Assembly: GCA_030390025.1 (NCBI GenBank)
Contig: CM059432.1
Span: 137,580,001-137,644,000 of the forward strand
DNA: 64,000 nt
Reading direction: 5' to 3'
Origin: Squalus acanthias
Taxonomy: Eukaryota
This document shows positions 37,723 to 48,516 of this stretch, in pieces. The notes beneath the pieces are model-generated. The model saw only the letters and a program-made list of their open reading frames with translations, was not told the DNA's origin and did not search any database. Position 1 is the stretch's first letter; the number at the start of each line of letters is the position of its first letter. The position numbers and the translations under genes are program-made.

Positions 37723-39014
37723 GCATTCTCAGTTGTTATCTTGGCCAGTGTCAATGTTAGTTGCCAACAAGGTAAGGTTCAACAGTGGTATCCACTTCTT
37801 TGCTGGATAGAGTTTCATTGATACAGTCATTCAGCAACTCAAAATTAGATTGAGTTATAGCAGGGCTTATGGAGGCTAATCAGTTAACCTCATCATCACA
37901 GAGCCAAACTAATAGTACTTCAAAAAAAAATCTTACATAATCAATACCCACACATCACGGTGCATGAATAATGTATGGTACTGTTGCTAATGTTTTATGT
38001 GATTGTACTTTTCGATGTTATAAGAAATAACAGATTATTTTTTCATTTTAGTTATAAATGCTTCAGTGACTCTGAAAATTCAAAGTACAATTCAGACACT
38101 CCTTTAAATATTTGCTTTAAATTGCCTCTTGATCTGCTTATAACGCCACCAGCCATCACCCCTCCAGGTATCCGCAGGCTCTTTCAGGTACATTGGCAGG
38201 GTGGGGGCTCACGTAAGTCTTTGGCAGCTCCATCAGTTACAAGAGTGACTCTCGGCTGTCCGTACGTTCATCAGTTTTATCAGTTTTCTAATGAAAGGGG
38301 AATTTTTGGTGGGCGAGCCCGAATCACCTAAAACAAACAGTATCTAACATGAGGAAGGGTAAGTCTGCAGGGCTGTTTATAGCGATACTGTGTAAATATT
38401 ACATTCTTTCAGGCCTTCCAAAATAGCTAAACTGAAAGGATCACAATTCATTGCCACTGCTAAAAGTAGCTCATATCATTCCATTATTAACGTTGTACTT
38501 GCTAACCTCTCCATCCATCCAAAGCACAACAGTAATATTCCTTTCTCTTGTTTTCTCCTCTCACTATGTCTTCCAGCTGGGAGGGCAAGCTGGAGACCTA
38601 CTCCTAAGCCTCTGCTACTCCTCTATCTGCTTGCCAGGATATGCCTGAGAATTTTCCAATTTTCCAATTTTCCCTCGCTCCCTGTGAAGGAAGGTTTGGC
38701 TTTGCTCAGTGCCTCCCGTGGAGTAGCATCACCTCACTGTGTGGACAATTGTGTGTGCAAGGCTCTCATCCGACCACTCCCTGGCGCAACACATCGGCAA
38801 GCCAATATGGTGCCCCACTGTGTTGCCCCCTTTTATTGGTTTATTATACAGTATTCTTCTCTAACACCCACGTATCCATACTTCTATAATGAGGCTCTGT
38901 CTTTAATGACTGGAAATGGTGGCTTAATAAAGGTATAATGCCCAGCAATCGTTCTTAAAGTCAGATATCTGTGACCCAAAGGCTTACAAATCAAGGCTTT
39001 CAAAATTAGCTTCC

Positions 39015-39445
39015 GAACATATGAAATTGACGGGCAGGAAAAGACCTGCTGATCCATCAAGCCTGCCCCACACCACGACGGCCGGAGCATCATGACTAAA
39101 CAGTTCATCCCCCCACCCATATAATTTCCTGGGAGAGGCAAAAAAAACCCGGGGCCAATAATGGAAAAAATACTCTGGCGATGGAAACCAGTCCAGGAGA
39201 TCACACGGACCGAGTGTTCTCTATAAAGACACTTACCTTCTATATGATGCCATCTCTGCCCCAGTCAGGAACCGGTCCAGCTCCTTCTTGAAGGATTACA
39301 GAGAGTCAGCACCCACTGCACCAGCCGGCAATGTATTCCAGAGGCTCACAATGCTCCGGGAATAGAAGAATCGTCCAGCATCCAGTCTATTCCTACTCTT
39401 ACACAGTTTGAACTCGTGTTCCCTGGCCCTCCTCAATCTGTTAAA
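39015..39445 (-). mobile_element. CR1-like 3' fragment (different subfamily)
   Basis: Minus strand ccagggaacacgagttcaaactg...gattcttc...tggaatacattgcc and a long 3' tail. Confidence 0.6.
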
Positions 39446-39832
39446 CTGAAAGGACTAAGATTGTCCGAAACTACTTTGAACAGTTTTAATTTTTAAAATT
39501 AAAAAAAAAAGTATAATGACTTACAAACTGGCAGCGAGTTATACCTTCTCAATTTATTACAGGTATTTATATGGAAAAACAATAACTTGCACTATAATAA
39601 CCAAATGAGCTAAACCTCATAATAACTAGCATTGGATGTAAACATTAACACCCTGACTCGTGTGCATTTTTTGCAGAGTGCTTGCGAAGTAAATCTGGCT
39701 AGCTCAAAGAACAACCATTAATGATTTTAACCTTTATCTACCAATAATATCTCAAAGCAACCAATTTCTATGAATGAATTAAATATTTTGTATTTCCACG
39801 TTTAATATGCTTTTTTTTTGGTTTGTTTCAAG

Positions 39833-39943
39833 GGTACTGATGGACAGAGAGCACATTATGGAGCAGCTGGTTCTTCTAAGTCAAAGGATGGTTTTAGAGG
39901 ACGAAAAGATGGGTCAGGCACCCTCTCATCTTTTTTCAAAATG
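39833..39943 (+). CDS. MBP: MBP coding exon [37 protein letters not shown]
   Basis: tttgtttcaag|GGT acceptor, ATG|gtaatg donor; 111 nt; resembles mammalian GAEGQR...GTLSKIFKL. Confidence 0.95.
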
Positions 39944-40589
39944 GTAATGAATTTTTAAAACAAACTTCTCACCATATGTCACACAACAACATGCATTTAT
40001 GTAGCAAGGGAGTAGTTGTACCAAAACACACCAGTAAAACATCCAAGTTTAATTTCTGGACTTTGAGTGAGCTGATCTCAGTTGGGAGGCAGCAGCTTGC
40101 TGACAGGTGGCCTCCGCACCCACAGGGTTAGGCCTGGGGGAAAACCGGCCAGGGTTCTCCTGCTCGTTACCCGGCAACTCCTGCTGCTAGTGCAGCTGGG
40201 ATGTCGCCAGTGTCAAATAACCAGCAAAACAACAACAACTTGCGCCTAAAACGTCCCGAGACGCTTCACAGGAGCGATTATCAGACAAACTTTAACACCA
40301 AGCCAGGTAAGGAGATATTAGGCCATGTGACCAAAAACTTGGTCAAAGAGGTAGAAAAATGATGACCGTTGCTATTACGAGATTATGCTGCGGAGATGCT
40401 GGTGTTGGACTGGGGTGGACGAGATTAGGTCTTGGTTGGTCTGCTGATGCCAGAATAGACATTTAGTGCAGCAACAAATTGTGTGGATTCCTTCAAATGT
40501 TTAAGCAATAATTGACCTAAAATTGCAGTTGACCTCTGGGAGATTGGTATCATTTTGATGCTTTACTGTCAGGGAACAAGTTTCTCCAG

Positions 40590-40968
40590 CACCTCATCTT
40601 GCGATTAGGCACTTTACAGCCTTCTGGACTCAACATTGAGTTCAACAATTTCAGACTATAACCCCTGCCCCCATTCTTCAGGCTGTATGATTTTACCATC
40701 CCCATTTGCAACATTTTATCTTTCCTGCCTCCTACCTTAGCACAGAATGTTCCTTCAGATCCTTCAGTTCCTTCCTCCATCCCCCCCCCCGCCTCTGCAC
40801 CTGCTTAATATCTGTTACATCTCCAGCTTTTTCCACTTCTGATCAGGGGTCCCAGATCTGAAACGTTAACTCTGTTTCTCTCTCCACGGATGCTGCCTGA
40901 CCTGCTGAGTGTTTCCAGCATTTTCTGTTGTTATTTCAGATTTCCAGCATCCGCAGTATTTTGTTATT
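40590..40968 (+). mobile_element. 5'-truncated Penelope-like retroelement with 16-bp TSD
   Basis: 40587-40661 reads QHLILRLGTLQPSGLNIEFNNFRL* (PLE GIY-YIG-region C-terminus), then the terminal repeat; GAACAAGTTTCTCCAG duplicated at 40574-40589 and 40969-40984. Confidence 0.85.
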
Positions 40969-41794
40969 GAACAAGTTTCTCCAGGTTATTTAAAAACTTT
41001 TTTTTCTTCAATGAAATGTCTTAGGGTAACATAGGAAGGGAAAACATCAATCGATTTCTGCCCATGATTTGCCATGGGGCCTTGAGTTCTGGAAAGCAGC
41101 TGGGTCACACGGGAGATACCAGCTGTTGGCTAGGAACTTCCCAACGAAAGGGTGGGAAAATTGGAAGGAAATCAGTCGGGCGCACTCTTGTACGTGTCCT
41201 TGTAACTGGTTACGAAGCAGAATTGGTAAAAGCTTAGTTACAAAGGCATCATGGGCTGCTGTATCTTGTGTGGGGCGACATAACTAAAGAATGGCAGAAC
41301 AAATAGGGGACAAGACACCGCGGGTTAGTCCATTGCCCATTCAGTGGGTCCAATGCACAAATGTGGATTGATATTTCAAACAATAATATTGCAGACTGCT
41401 TTTTGAACTTTCTGTTTTGAGTGTCAGTGGACCACTGGACTGACCATTGCCATAACAGGACAAAGCTAAAGGTGTAAAATAAAGATTGCCATTTCACCTG
41501 GAAATGTATAATGATCCCAGCACAATGTTTTATTTTTGATTCTGATCAAGTCTATGATATGACTCGTATTTTCCTGTCGGACCGTTGCCTCTCCTCCCTC
41601 CACTGACCACTTTCAGACACTTGAACACAATGCTCATGTAAAGTTAGCCATTCAGTTTGTTCACCTGTCATTCAACATGCGTGGTTCATTTATTATCTTA
41701 TTTGATAGATGCTCTGCATAATGAGAGAGTCCTGTTGCCCTTTCTTTTGTTTGTTTAGATAGTATATAAGTAGCCAGAGTTATGCAAATCCTAA

Positions 41795-42349
41795 GGATGC
41801 AAAATTCGGTTGTGCCCCTTTGGGGGTGGTAACCGAGTTAAGGCCAGGCATTTAGCGCCCTGCAGGGCCTCCGATGTCCCCAACTAGGCCACCAGGGCGG
41901 CGCCGGGCTACATGATGGCAGCCAGGACCACGGCACGGCCCACCACGGAGGGCCGACCTGGAGGTCGGGCACAAAAAGAAAACGGCGGCGCGGGTCACGG
42001 CCGCACCTCCCCTTTAAATAGCGCCCCGCGGGCGAAGGCCGGCCCGGTTCGCAACCCGTGAGGCTGGCGCTGACATCGCCCGCGGCAGCCTTACAGGGCG
42101 CAGCCGAATTTCTACCGCGGGGCGCTAAGGGTTCGTGGCGCACGGCGATAACGTCATCACCGGAGGCGCGGCGGCCTGGGGCGCTACCGGCGGGGGCGCA
42201 GCGCTATCGGGTAGCGTCTCAGCAATGCCCCACCGAATTTCTCGGAGGCGCTTTTTTCGCCCCCCTCCCCTGGCGATAAGCCCTTCGTACCTCGTTAGCG
42301 CCCCCCGGAGGCACTAACGGCAGGTGCAAAGGAGCCAAATTTCTAGCCC
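41795..42349. mobile_element. GC-rich non-autonomous Harbinger-like element
   Basis: TAA on both flanks; imperfect TIRs GGATGCAAAATTCGG / CCAAATTTCTAGCCC; CpG-rich interior. Confidence 0.65.
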
Positions 42350-42761
42350 TAAATTTCTTAAATTAAGTGTTCATTCAAATAATTAAACAGAAGGATCCTG
42401 AGTGACATGACCGTAGAGTGGATTGTGAAGTGGTTTAGGAAACAGCAGTGGCTGATGCTCAAACATACTGATCAGTATAATTAAATTAGTTTCATCTGTT
42501 CTCAACCCCCCACGAAGTACACTTTATCTCCCTCCCATTATCCCTGGAAAACTCACATTTTACCTGTCTCCGTCTGTGCTGAATGTGGGCTTACCTTTGG
42601 CTGAGAGACACAGTGCCAGAACTGGAGGCTGTGGAGGGATCTGCAATCCACCGAGCGCAACTGGTCACTGGAGGACGCACAAGGCCAAGTAGTTAAGAGA
42701 ACAGAATGAGAGTTAGAAACACGGGGGGATAAATGACAAAATGCATTTGCCTTCTGTTGCC

Positions 42762-42990
42762 TAGGCCCTAAGCTCTGGAATTCCCTGCCTAAACCTCTCC
42801 GCCTCGCTCCCTCTCCTTCCTCCTTTAAGACGCTCCTTAAAACCTACCTCTTTGACCAAGCTTTTGGTCACCTGCCCTAATTTCTCCTTGCGTGGCTCGG
42901 TGTCAAATCTTTTGTCTTCTAATACTCCTGTGAAGCGTCTTGGGATGTTTTACTATGTTAAAGGCGCTATATCAATACAAGATGTTGTTG
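42762..42990 (+). mobile_element. L2-like LINE 3' fragment
   Basis: ctctggaattccctgcc...ctttaagacgctccttaaaacctacctctttgaccaagc...(gtt)n tail. Confidence 0.7.
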
Positions 42991-43379
42991 AGGATATTCT
43001 GTCTAAACCCTGTTTGCTGGTTTAGCTGAGGTAGGTGAGGCAACAGGTCAGGTGCCATTATTGGTCTCAGTGTCTCAGGGGCAGGGAGCAAAGAAAAAAC
43101 AGTCAGGTTTCCTACTCCCAATCACTACCAAAGATCCCTGTAGGAAGTGCCTGTGTGCGGAATCAGACAGAGCAGACTAACATGGTGGCAATGGTTGAAA
43201 AACTCACTGTTTAAGCTCACACGTGAAGAATGAGATGAGGTAGAAGAACGCTATTTATATATATATATGGAACTGATGCTATACCATCATCAAGAGCAAA
43301 GAGGATTAAAAAGACAGAAACAGGACACCCTCTGGTACCTCACCCAAGTGGCTATTCTTCATGAGTGGCCTACATGCGA

Positions 43380-43742
43380 ATCATCCCCTCCCTATCTCTG
43401 TAGCCTCCTACAGCCCTACAACCCTCCGAGATCTCTGCACTCCTCCAATTCTGGCCCATCCCCGATTTTAATCACTCCACCATTGACAGCCGTGTCTTCA
43501 GCTGCTTAGGCCCTAAGCTCTGGAATTCCCTCCCTAAACCTCTCCGCCTCTCTACCTCTCTCTCCTCCTTTAAGACGCTCCTTAAAACCTACCTCTTTGA
43601 GCAAGCTTTTGGTCACCTGTCCTAATGTCTCCTTATGTGGCTCGGTGTCAAATTTTGTTTGATAACAAAAACCTGGGAGGTGCCTTGGGAACATTTTGCT
43701 CTGTTAAAGGCGCTGTATAAATGCACGTTGTTGTTGTTGTTG
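43380..43742 (+). mobile_element. L2-like LINE 3' fragment
   Basis: Second copy of the same 3' end with (gtt)n tail. Confidence 0.7.
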
Positions 43743-44312
43743 ATGATGCAGGCACCAGCTTCAGCTCAGCCAAGCACTGCCAAAAAGGGGACCTGACACT
43801 GAGGTTGCTGTGAGTCAGCCAAGCGCTTCCCAGGGTAAATCAGTTGTGAGCGCTGGCAGCTTCAGAAAATAATGAAGCAGGCAAAATTGGCAAGTGACAG
43901 GAAGCAGCTGGTCAGTGTCAGCTTGAATGATGCTGATGATCAAACGACGCCACAGGAACCAGCCAGCCTTGTGATGAAGGATCGCAGAGAATAATGTCAA
44001 AAGGAATGCCAGAGACAGGGTGAGGTGCTGGGCAGGAGAAGCTTGTTTGCAGAATTCTTTGAAAGGCTGATCTGTTGATTCCTTTGTCTGAAGCAAAATG
44101 TTAGCTGCAAGTTTGGGAATTGTGTTAGTAGATGATTTGGTAGGGCAATGGGTTAGCGAATCATACCACAGCCTGGGAGAGACCTGGGGTTGAAACTCCA
44201 TTTCAGCCGACACTTCACAGTCAAACATCTTCCAAATGGTCTCAGCTGGGTTGTCTGAGAAACAGGTGTGGAATAAGTGTTCACGCCCGAACTCTGCTAA
44301 ATATCCAGTCTC

Positions 44313-44549
44313 AAGAGGGTTGTGAATCTTTGGAATTCTCTACCCCAGAGGGCTGTGGATGCTCAGTCGTTGAGTGTATTCAAGACAGAGATCAATAGAT
44401 TTTTGGGCAATAAGGGAATCCAAGGATATGGGGTTCGGGCAGGAAAGTGGAGTTGATGTAGAAGATCAGCCATGATCTTAGTGAATGGCGGAGCAGGCTC
44501 GAGGGGTAGTATGGCCTACTCCTGCTCCTATTTCCTATGTTCTTATGTT
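44313..44549 (+). mobile_element. CR1-like 3' fragment
   Basis: gagggttgtgaatctttggaattctctaccccag...ttcttatg tail. Confidence 0.8.
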
Positions 44550-45135
44550 CTAAGTGTACAGCACAGAGGTGTGCTAGGCACCTTCCTGCAAGACTACACA
44601 TATTGAAGGAATACTTTTAATGGGTATATATACGCCTTTTTTTGATTGAACAGTAAGCCCATTTACCCACCCATGTTACTTCCAGTGAAGCTATATACTG
44701 TATGTTGAGCTCCTAAAGTGTTTTTAGAAACATTTGATTCTATGTCCCTTGACTTTGAGCCAATGCCTCCAATTGTAGGCAATCTAAATGCTAATTTTCA
44801 CATTTAAAGTGCTTTATTTAAATGCAAATAGAAAGTTTTCAAAGTAAATGTGCATGCTTATGTTTGTCTTCGCCTTTGTCAAGGGAGATGACCATACAGC
44901 TTAATATATAAGGGAGCTGTCTCATGTTTCACTTCTATTACAAGCAATAGGCTTCAGGGTGAAAGAGGCCGGAAGGATGATTTAAATGTCAATTTGTTTT
45001 CTGTAATGCTGTCAAATGGACACGGAGAGATGGAATTTGTTTTAATGGCATGTTCGGTCTAAAATGCAGAGATTGTCACTAATTTAAGTAGATAGTTTAA
45101 CAGACACAACAGAGAGGGACATTTGAGAGTCAAAG

Positions 45136-45320
45136 GAGGTCATTTTGACTTTGTGCGATAGTGTAAAATGGGTGATAGCCAATCGGCAGCCCATGTTACA
45201 ACTCTCCCCATTTTCTTTTCTATTGGAGTCAATAGAAATCAAAACCAGGAGAGATGTAGAATGAGCTTCTGATTTGCTATTGCCCATTTTACACTGTGGG
45301 ATAAAGTCAAAATTAGCCCC
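45136..45320. mobile_element. Palindromic MITE (~185 bp)
   Basis: Left arm attttgactttgtgcgatagtgtaaaatgggtgatagc is the near reverse complement of right arm gctattgcccattttacactgtgggataaagtcaaaat. Confidence 0.75.
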
Positions 45321-45431
45321 AAGAGTTCCGTTCACTAACAGATACCAGTGTGGGATGAGTTGTGTTCTATCTAACACAGGGGTAAGACTTCCCCATGTAG
45401 CTACGTATATTGACCTCGTGAATGGGTTTGA

Positions 45432-46010
45432 GAACATAAGAACATAAGAACATAAGAAATAGGAGCGGGAGTAGGCCATTTGGCCCCTTGATGGCTGGTC
45501 CGATTTTGGCCTCAACTCCACTTCCCTGCCCGCTCCCCAAAACCCTTGACTCCCTTATCATTCAAAAATCTGTCTATCTCCACCTTAAATATATTCAATG
45601 ACCCAGCCTCCACAGCTCTCTGGGGTACAGAATTCCACAAATTCACAACCCTCTGAGAGAAGAAATTCCTCCTCATCTCCGTTTTAAATGGGCGACCCCT
45701 TATTCTGATAATATGCCCCCTAGTTCTAGATTCCCCCATGAGGGGAAACATCCTCTCAGCGTCTACCTTGTCGAGCCCCCTCAGCATCTTATATGTTTCA
45801 GTAAGATCACCTCTCATTCTTCTAAACTCTAAATGAGTACAGGCCCAACCTGCTCAACCTTTCTTCATAAGACAACCCCTCATCTCTGGAATCAACCTAG
45901 TGAACCTTCTCTGAACTGCCTCCAATGCAAGTACATCCCTCCTTAAATAAGGAGACCAAAACTGTACGCAGTACTCCAGGTGTGGTCTCACCAACACCCT
46001 GTACAGTTGT
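45432..46010 (-). mobile_element. CR1-like 3' fragment
   Basis: ORFs [40 protein letters not shown] and MRGDLTETYK...; (aagaacat)n tail. Confidence 0.9.
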
Positions 46011-46639
46011 AGTTGAAGATTTCCTCTGTTCAATATTCCGAGCAAAATAATTAACATGTATTTTTTTAAATATGTTTGCCGTTGTAGCGGAACTAGGGAA
46101 CAGAGGGGATCTTCACAAATCCATTTACATTAGGGATCAGTGGGATACCTATCCCATACTCTTTTACAAAGATTTACTATTAAAAACAGCACACGCAATT
46201 ATGAACATAGCGCAATGGCCTAAACAATGGATAACAAAGATTTGCATTAGTATACTTACCCACATCACCTTTTGACCTAAATAGTTGCTAATCAAGTGAA
46301 ATGTTCAACACTTTGTGTTGGGTATGATTACTGTTAATTCAAATCAATACATTGGGGCTGAGATCTTACTGTGCAAAATGATTGAATGCGTTCTTTTCCT
46401 CTGGTATTTTAACAAAGACATTATCCCATTTAAGCAGGTTAACACAAAAGCAAAATACTGCGGATGCTGGAAATCTGAAATAAAAACAGAAAATGCTGGA
46501 AACACTCAGCAGGTCAGGCAGCATCTGTGGAGAGAGAGAAACAGGGTTAACGTTTCAGGTTGATGACCTTTTGTCAGAACTGGAAGATGTTAGAGAAATA
46601 GCAGGTTTTAAGCAATTGCAGAGGCCGGGAAAGGGAGGA

Positions 46640-47078
46640 AAGAAAGACTTCCATTTATATAGCGCCTTTCACGACCACCAAACGTCCCAAAGCACTTTAC
46701 AGCCAATGAAGTACTTTTTGAAGTGTAATGTAGGATAAGCGGCAGTCAATTTGCGCACAGCAAGCTCCCACAAATAGCCATGTGATAATGACCGGATAAT
46801 CTTTTTTTGGGATGTTGATTGAGGGATAAATATTGGCCAGGATACCAGGGAGAACTCCGCTGCCCTTCTTCGAAATAGTGCCATGGGATCTTTTACGTCC
46901 ACCTGAGAGGGTAGACGGGTCCTTGGTTTAACGTTTCATCTGAAAGACTCCAGTGCAGCACTCCCTCAGCACTGCGCTGGAGTGTCAGCCTAGATTTTTG
47001 TGCTCAAGTCTCTGGAGTGGGACTTGAACCCAGAACCTTCTGACTCAGAGGAAAGAGTGCTACCCACTGAGCCACAGC
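46640..47078 (-). mobile_element. Deu-domain SINE inserted in a Penelope repeat arm
   Basis: Same family; the host repeat continues on both sides. Confidence 0.8.
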
Positions 47079-47308
47079 AAGAACAAAAGGGAAGGTCTGT
47101 GATAGGGTGGAAGGCAGGAGTGATTAACTGACAAAAGGGATGATGGTGCATTATCGCCCTCTTTTTGCCTCACACCATCATCCCTTTTGTCATTTAATCT
47201 CTCCTGCCTTCCACCCTGTCACAGACCTTCTCTTTTGTTCTTTCCTCCCCTCGACTCTTTCCCTGCCTCTGTACTTGCTTAAAACCTGTTACATTTCTAA
47301 CTTTTTCC

Positions 47309-47345
47309 GGTTCTGACGAAAGGTCATCGACCTGAAACGTTAACT
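47309..47345 (+). ncRNA. Minimal type I hammerhead ribozyme motif (PLE-associated)
   Basis: GGTT CTGACGA A AGGTC-ATC-GACCT GAAA CGT T AACT: intact core, helix II, loop-less ACGT helix III, helix I GGUU/AACU. Confidence 0.65.
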
Positions 47346-47750
47346 CTGTTTCTCTCTCCACGGATGCTGCCTGACCTGCTGAGTATTTCCAGCATTTTCT
47401 GTTTTAAATAACAACAGAAAATGCTGGAAACACGCAGCAGGCCAGGCAGCATCCGTGGAGAGAGAAACAGAACTAACGCTTCAGGTTTTTCTGTTTTTAA
47501 AACAGGTTAACACCCTCCTTAAGATAACAGAGGAATTTCATACAAACACATTAGCATGTTAAATAGAAATTTAAGAGAATGCAGTGTCCAAGTCGTGTAA
47601 TGTGCACTGAATGACAAATGAGGACTTTGTTACTGACATAAAGTTAACAAAAATACTACAGTTGCTGGAAATCTGACACAAAAGACAGAAAATGCCAGAA
47701 AGACTTTAGGCAGGTCAGTCAGCACCTGTGGCGAGAAAAGATGAGTTAAT

Positions 47751-48334
47751 GGGGTCTAAATTTAACATCGTTGTGCTCGTTCTATGGGCCTAAAATGGGT
47801 GCATTGATAACCAATTTAGCAGGTCAGAGGCCCGCGCTCAAACTGCATGGAAATTCGGGCCACTGCTAAATTGACGGGGGTTCTTTTTTAGTCATACCAT
47901 AGCACTTTGCAGGCTTTAGTTCAATATTGCAACGAGGCTCTCGCGCCTAGTTCAGACCTGAATTGTTAAATTGGTTTGCCCTAATCGGAGCTCGTGATGC
48001 GCAAGCTTTGACTGGTATTTCTCGGTCCTGAACTACCTAACCAGCGGTCCTTAAAATGCGACCACTAGAGGCCGCTCAGAAAAGGATCCAAAACTTCCAG
48101 GAACGTGGCATTTTGTGGAGTTGCAAGGAGCAGGAGCGCTCCTGCCAACTCCACCAAACTGCAGGGCCGCTGTCGGCCCTCCCTCCCATCCACCCACGGA
48201 CTTACCTGCGGGCCCTGTGTCCGGGGGGGGGGGGGGGGGGGGGTCTGATTGGCACCCACAGCTTGCCTGAATTATTACGATGAGGCCCGAGGATGGATTT
48301 AGTTCAGTTTGGGGTGCTAACGAATTTAAGCCCC
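47751..48334. mobile_element. Non-autonomous Harbinger-like TIR element
   Basis: TIRs GGGGTCTAAATT / AATTTAAGCCCC; TSD AAT; interrupts a Penelope-type terminal repeat copy. Confidence 0.8.
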
Positions 48335-48480
48335 AATGTCTCAAGTGCAGACTCTTTGTCAGAGGTGCTGACTGACCTGCAGAGTGTTTCCAGCATTTCC
48401 TGTTTATTGTTCTATGTTACTGACTGTCTGCTGCATGTAGCTTCATTAGAATATTCTGCCCTTATTTTTGTTCCGAACAG

Positions 48481-48516
48481 GGGAAAAAAGGTGAAGGTTC
48501 ACCTGCTAGACGTTAA
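48481..48516 (+). CDS. MBP: MBP last coding exon GKKGEGSPARR-stop
   Basis: ttccgaacag|GGG acceptor; C-terminus GSPARR* resembles mammalian GSPMARR; spliced total from ATG 4840 is 155 aa. Confidence 0.95.
   Translation, partial: GKKGEGSPARR

Larger units (their letters stand above)
46447..47490. mobile_element. Large inverted pair of Penelope-type terminal repeats, interrupted by a Deu-SINE, plus a third partial copy
   Basis: 46447-46640 plus 47079-47150 is the reverse complement of ~47172-47405; further copy at ~47412-47490. Confidence 0.8.

Noticed and set aside
41795..42349. CpG island or internal promoter with GC-rich ORFs
   Set aside because: Bounded by TAA duplications and TIR-like ends; better explained as a transposon insertion.
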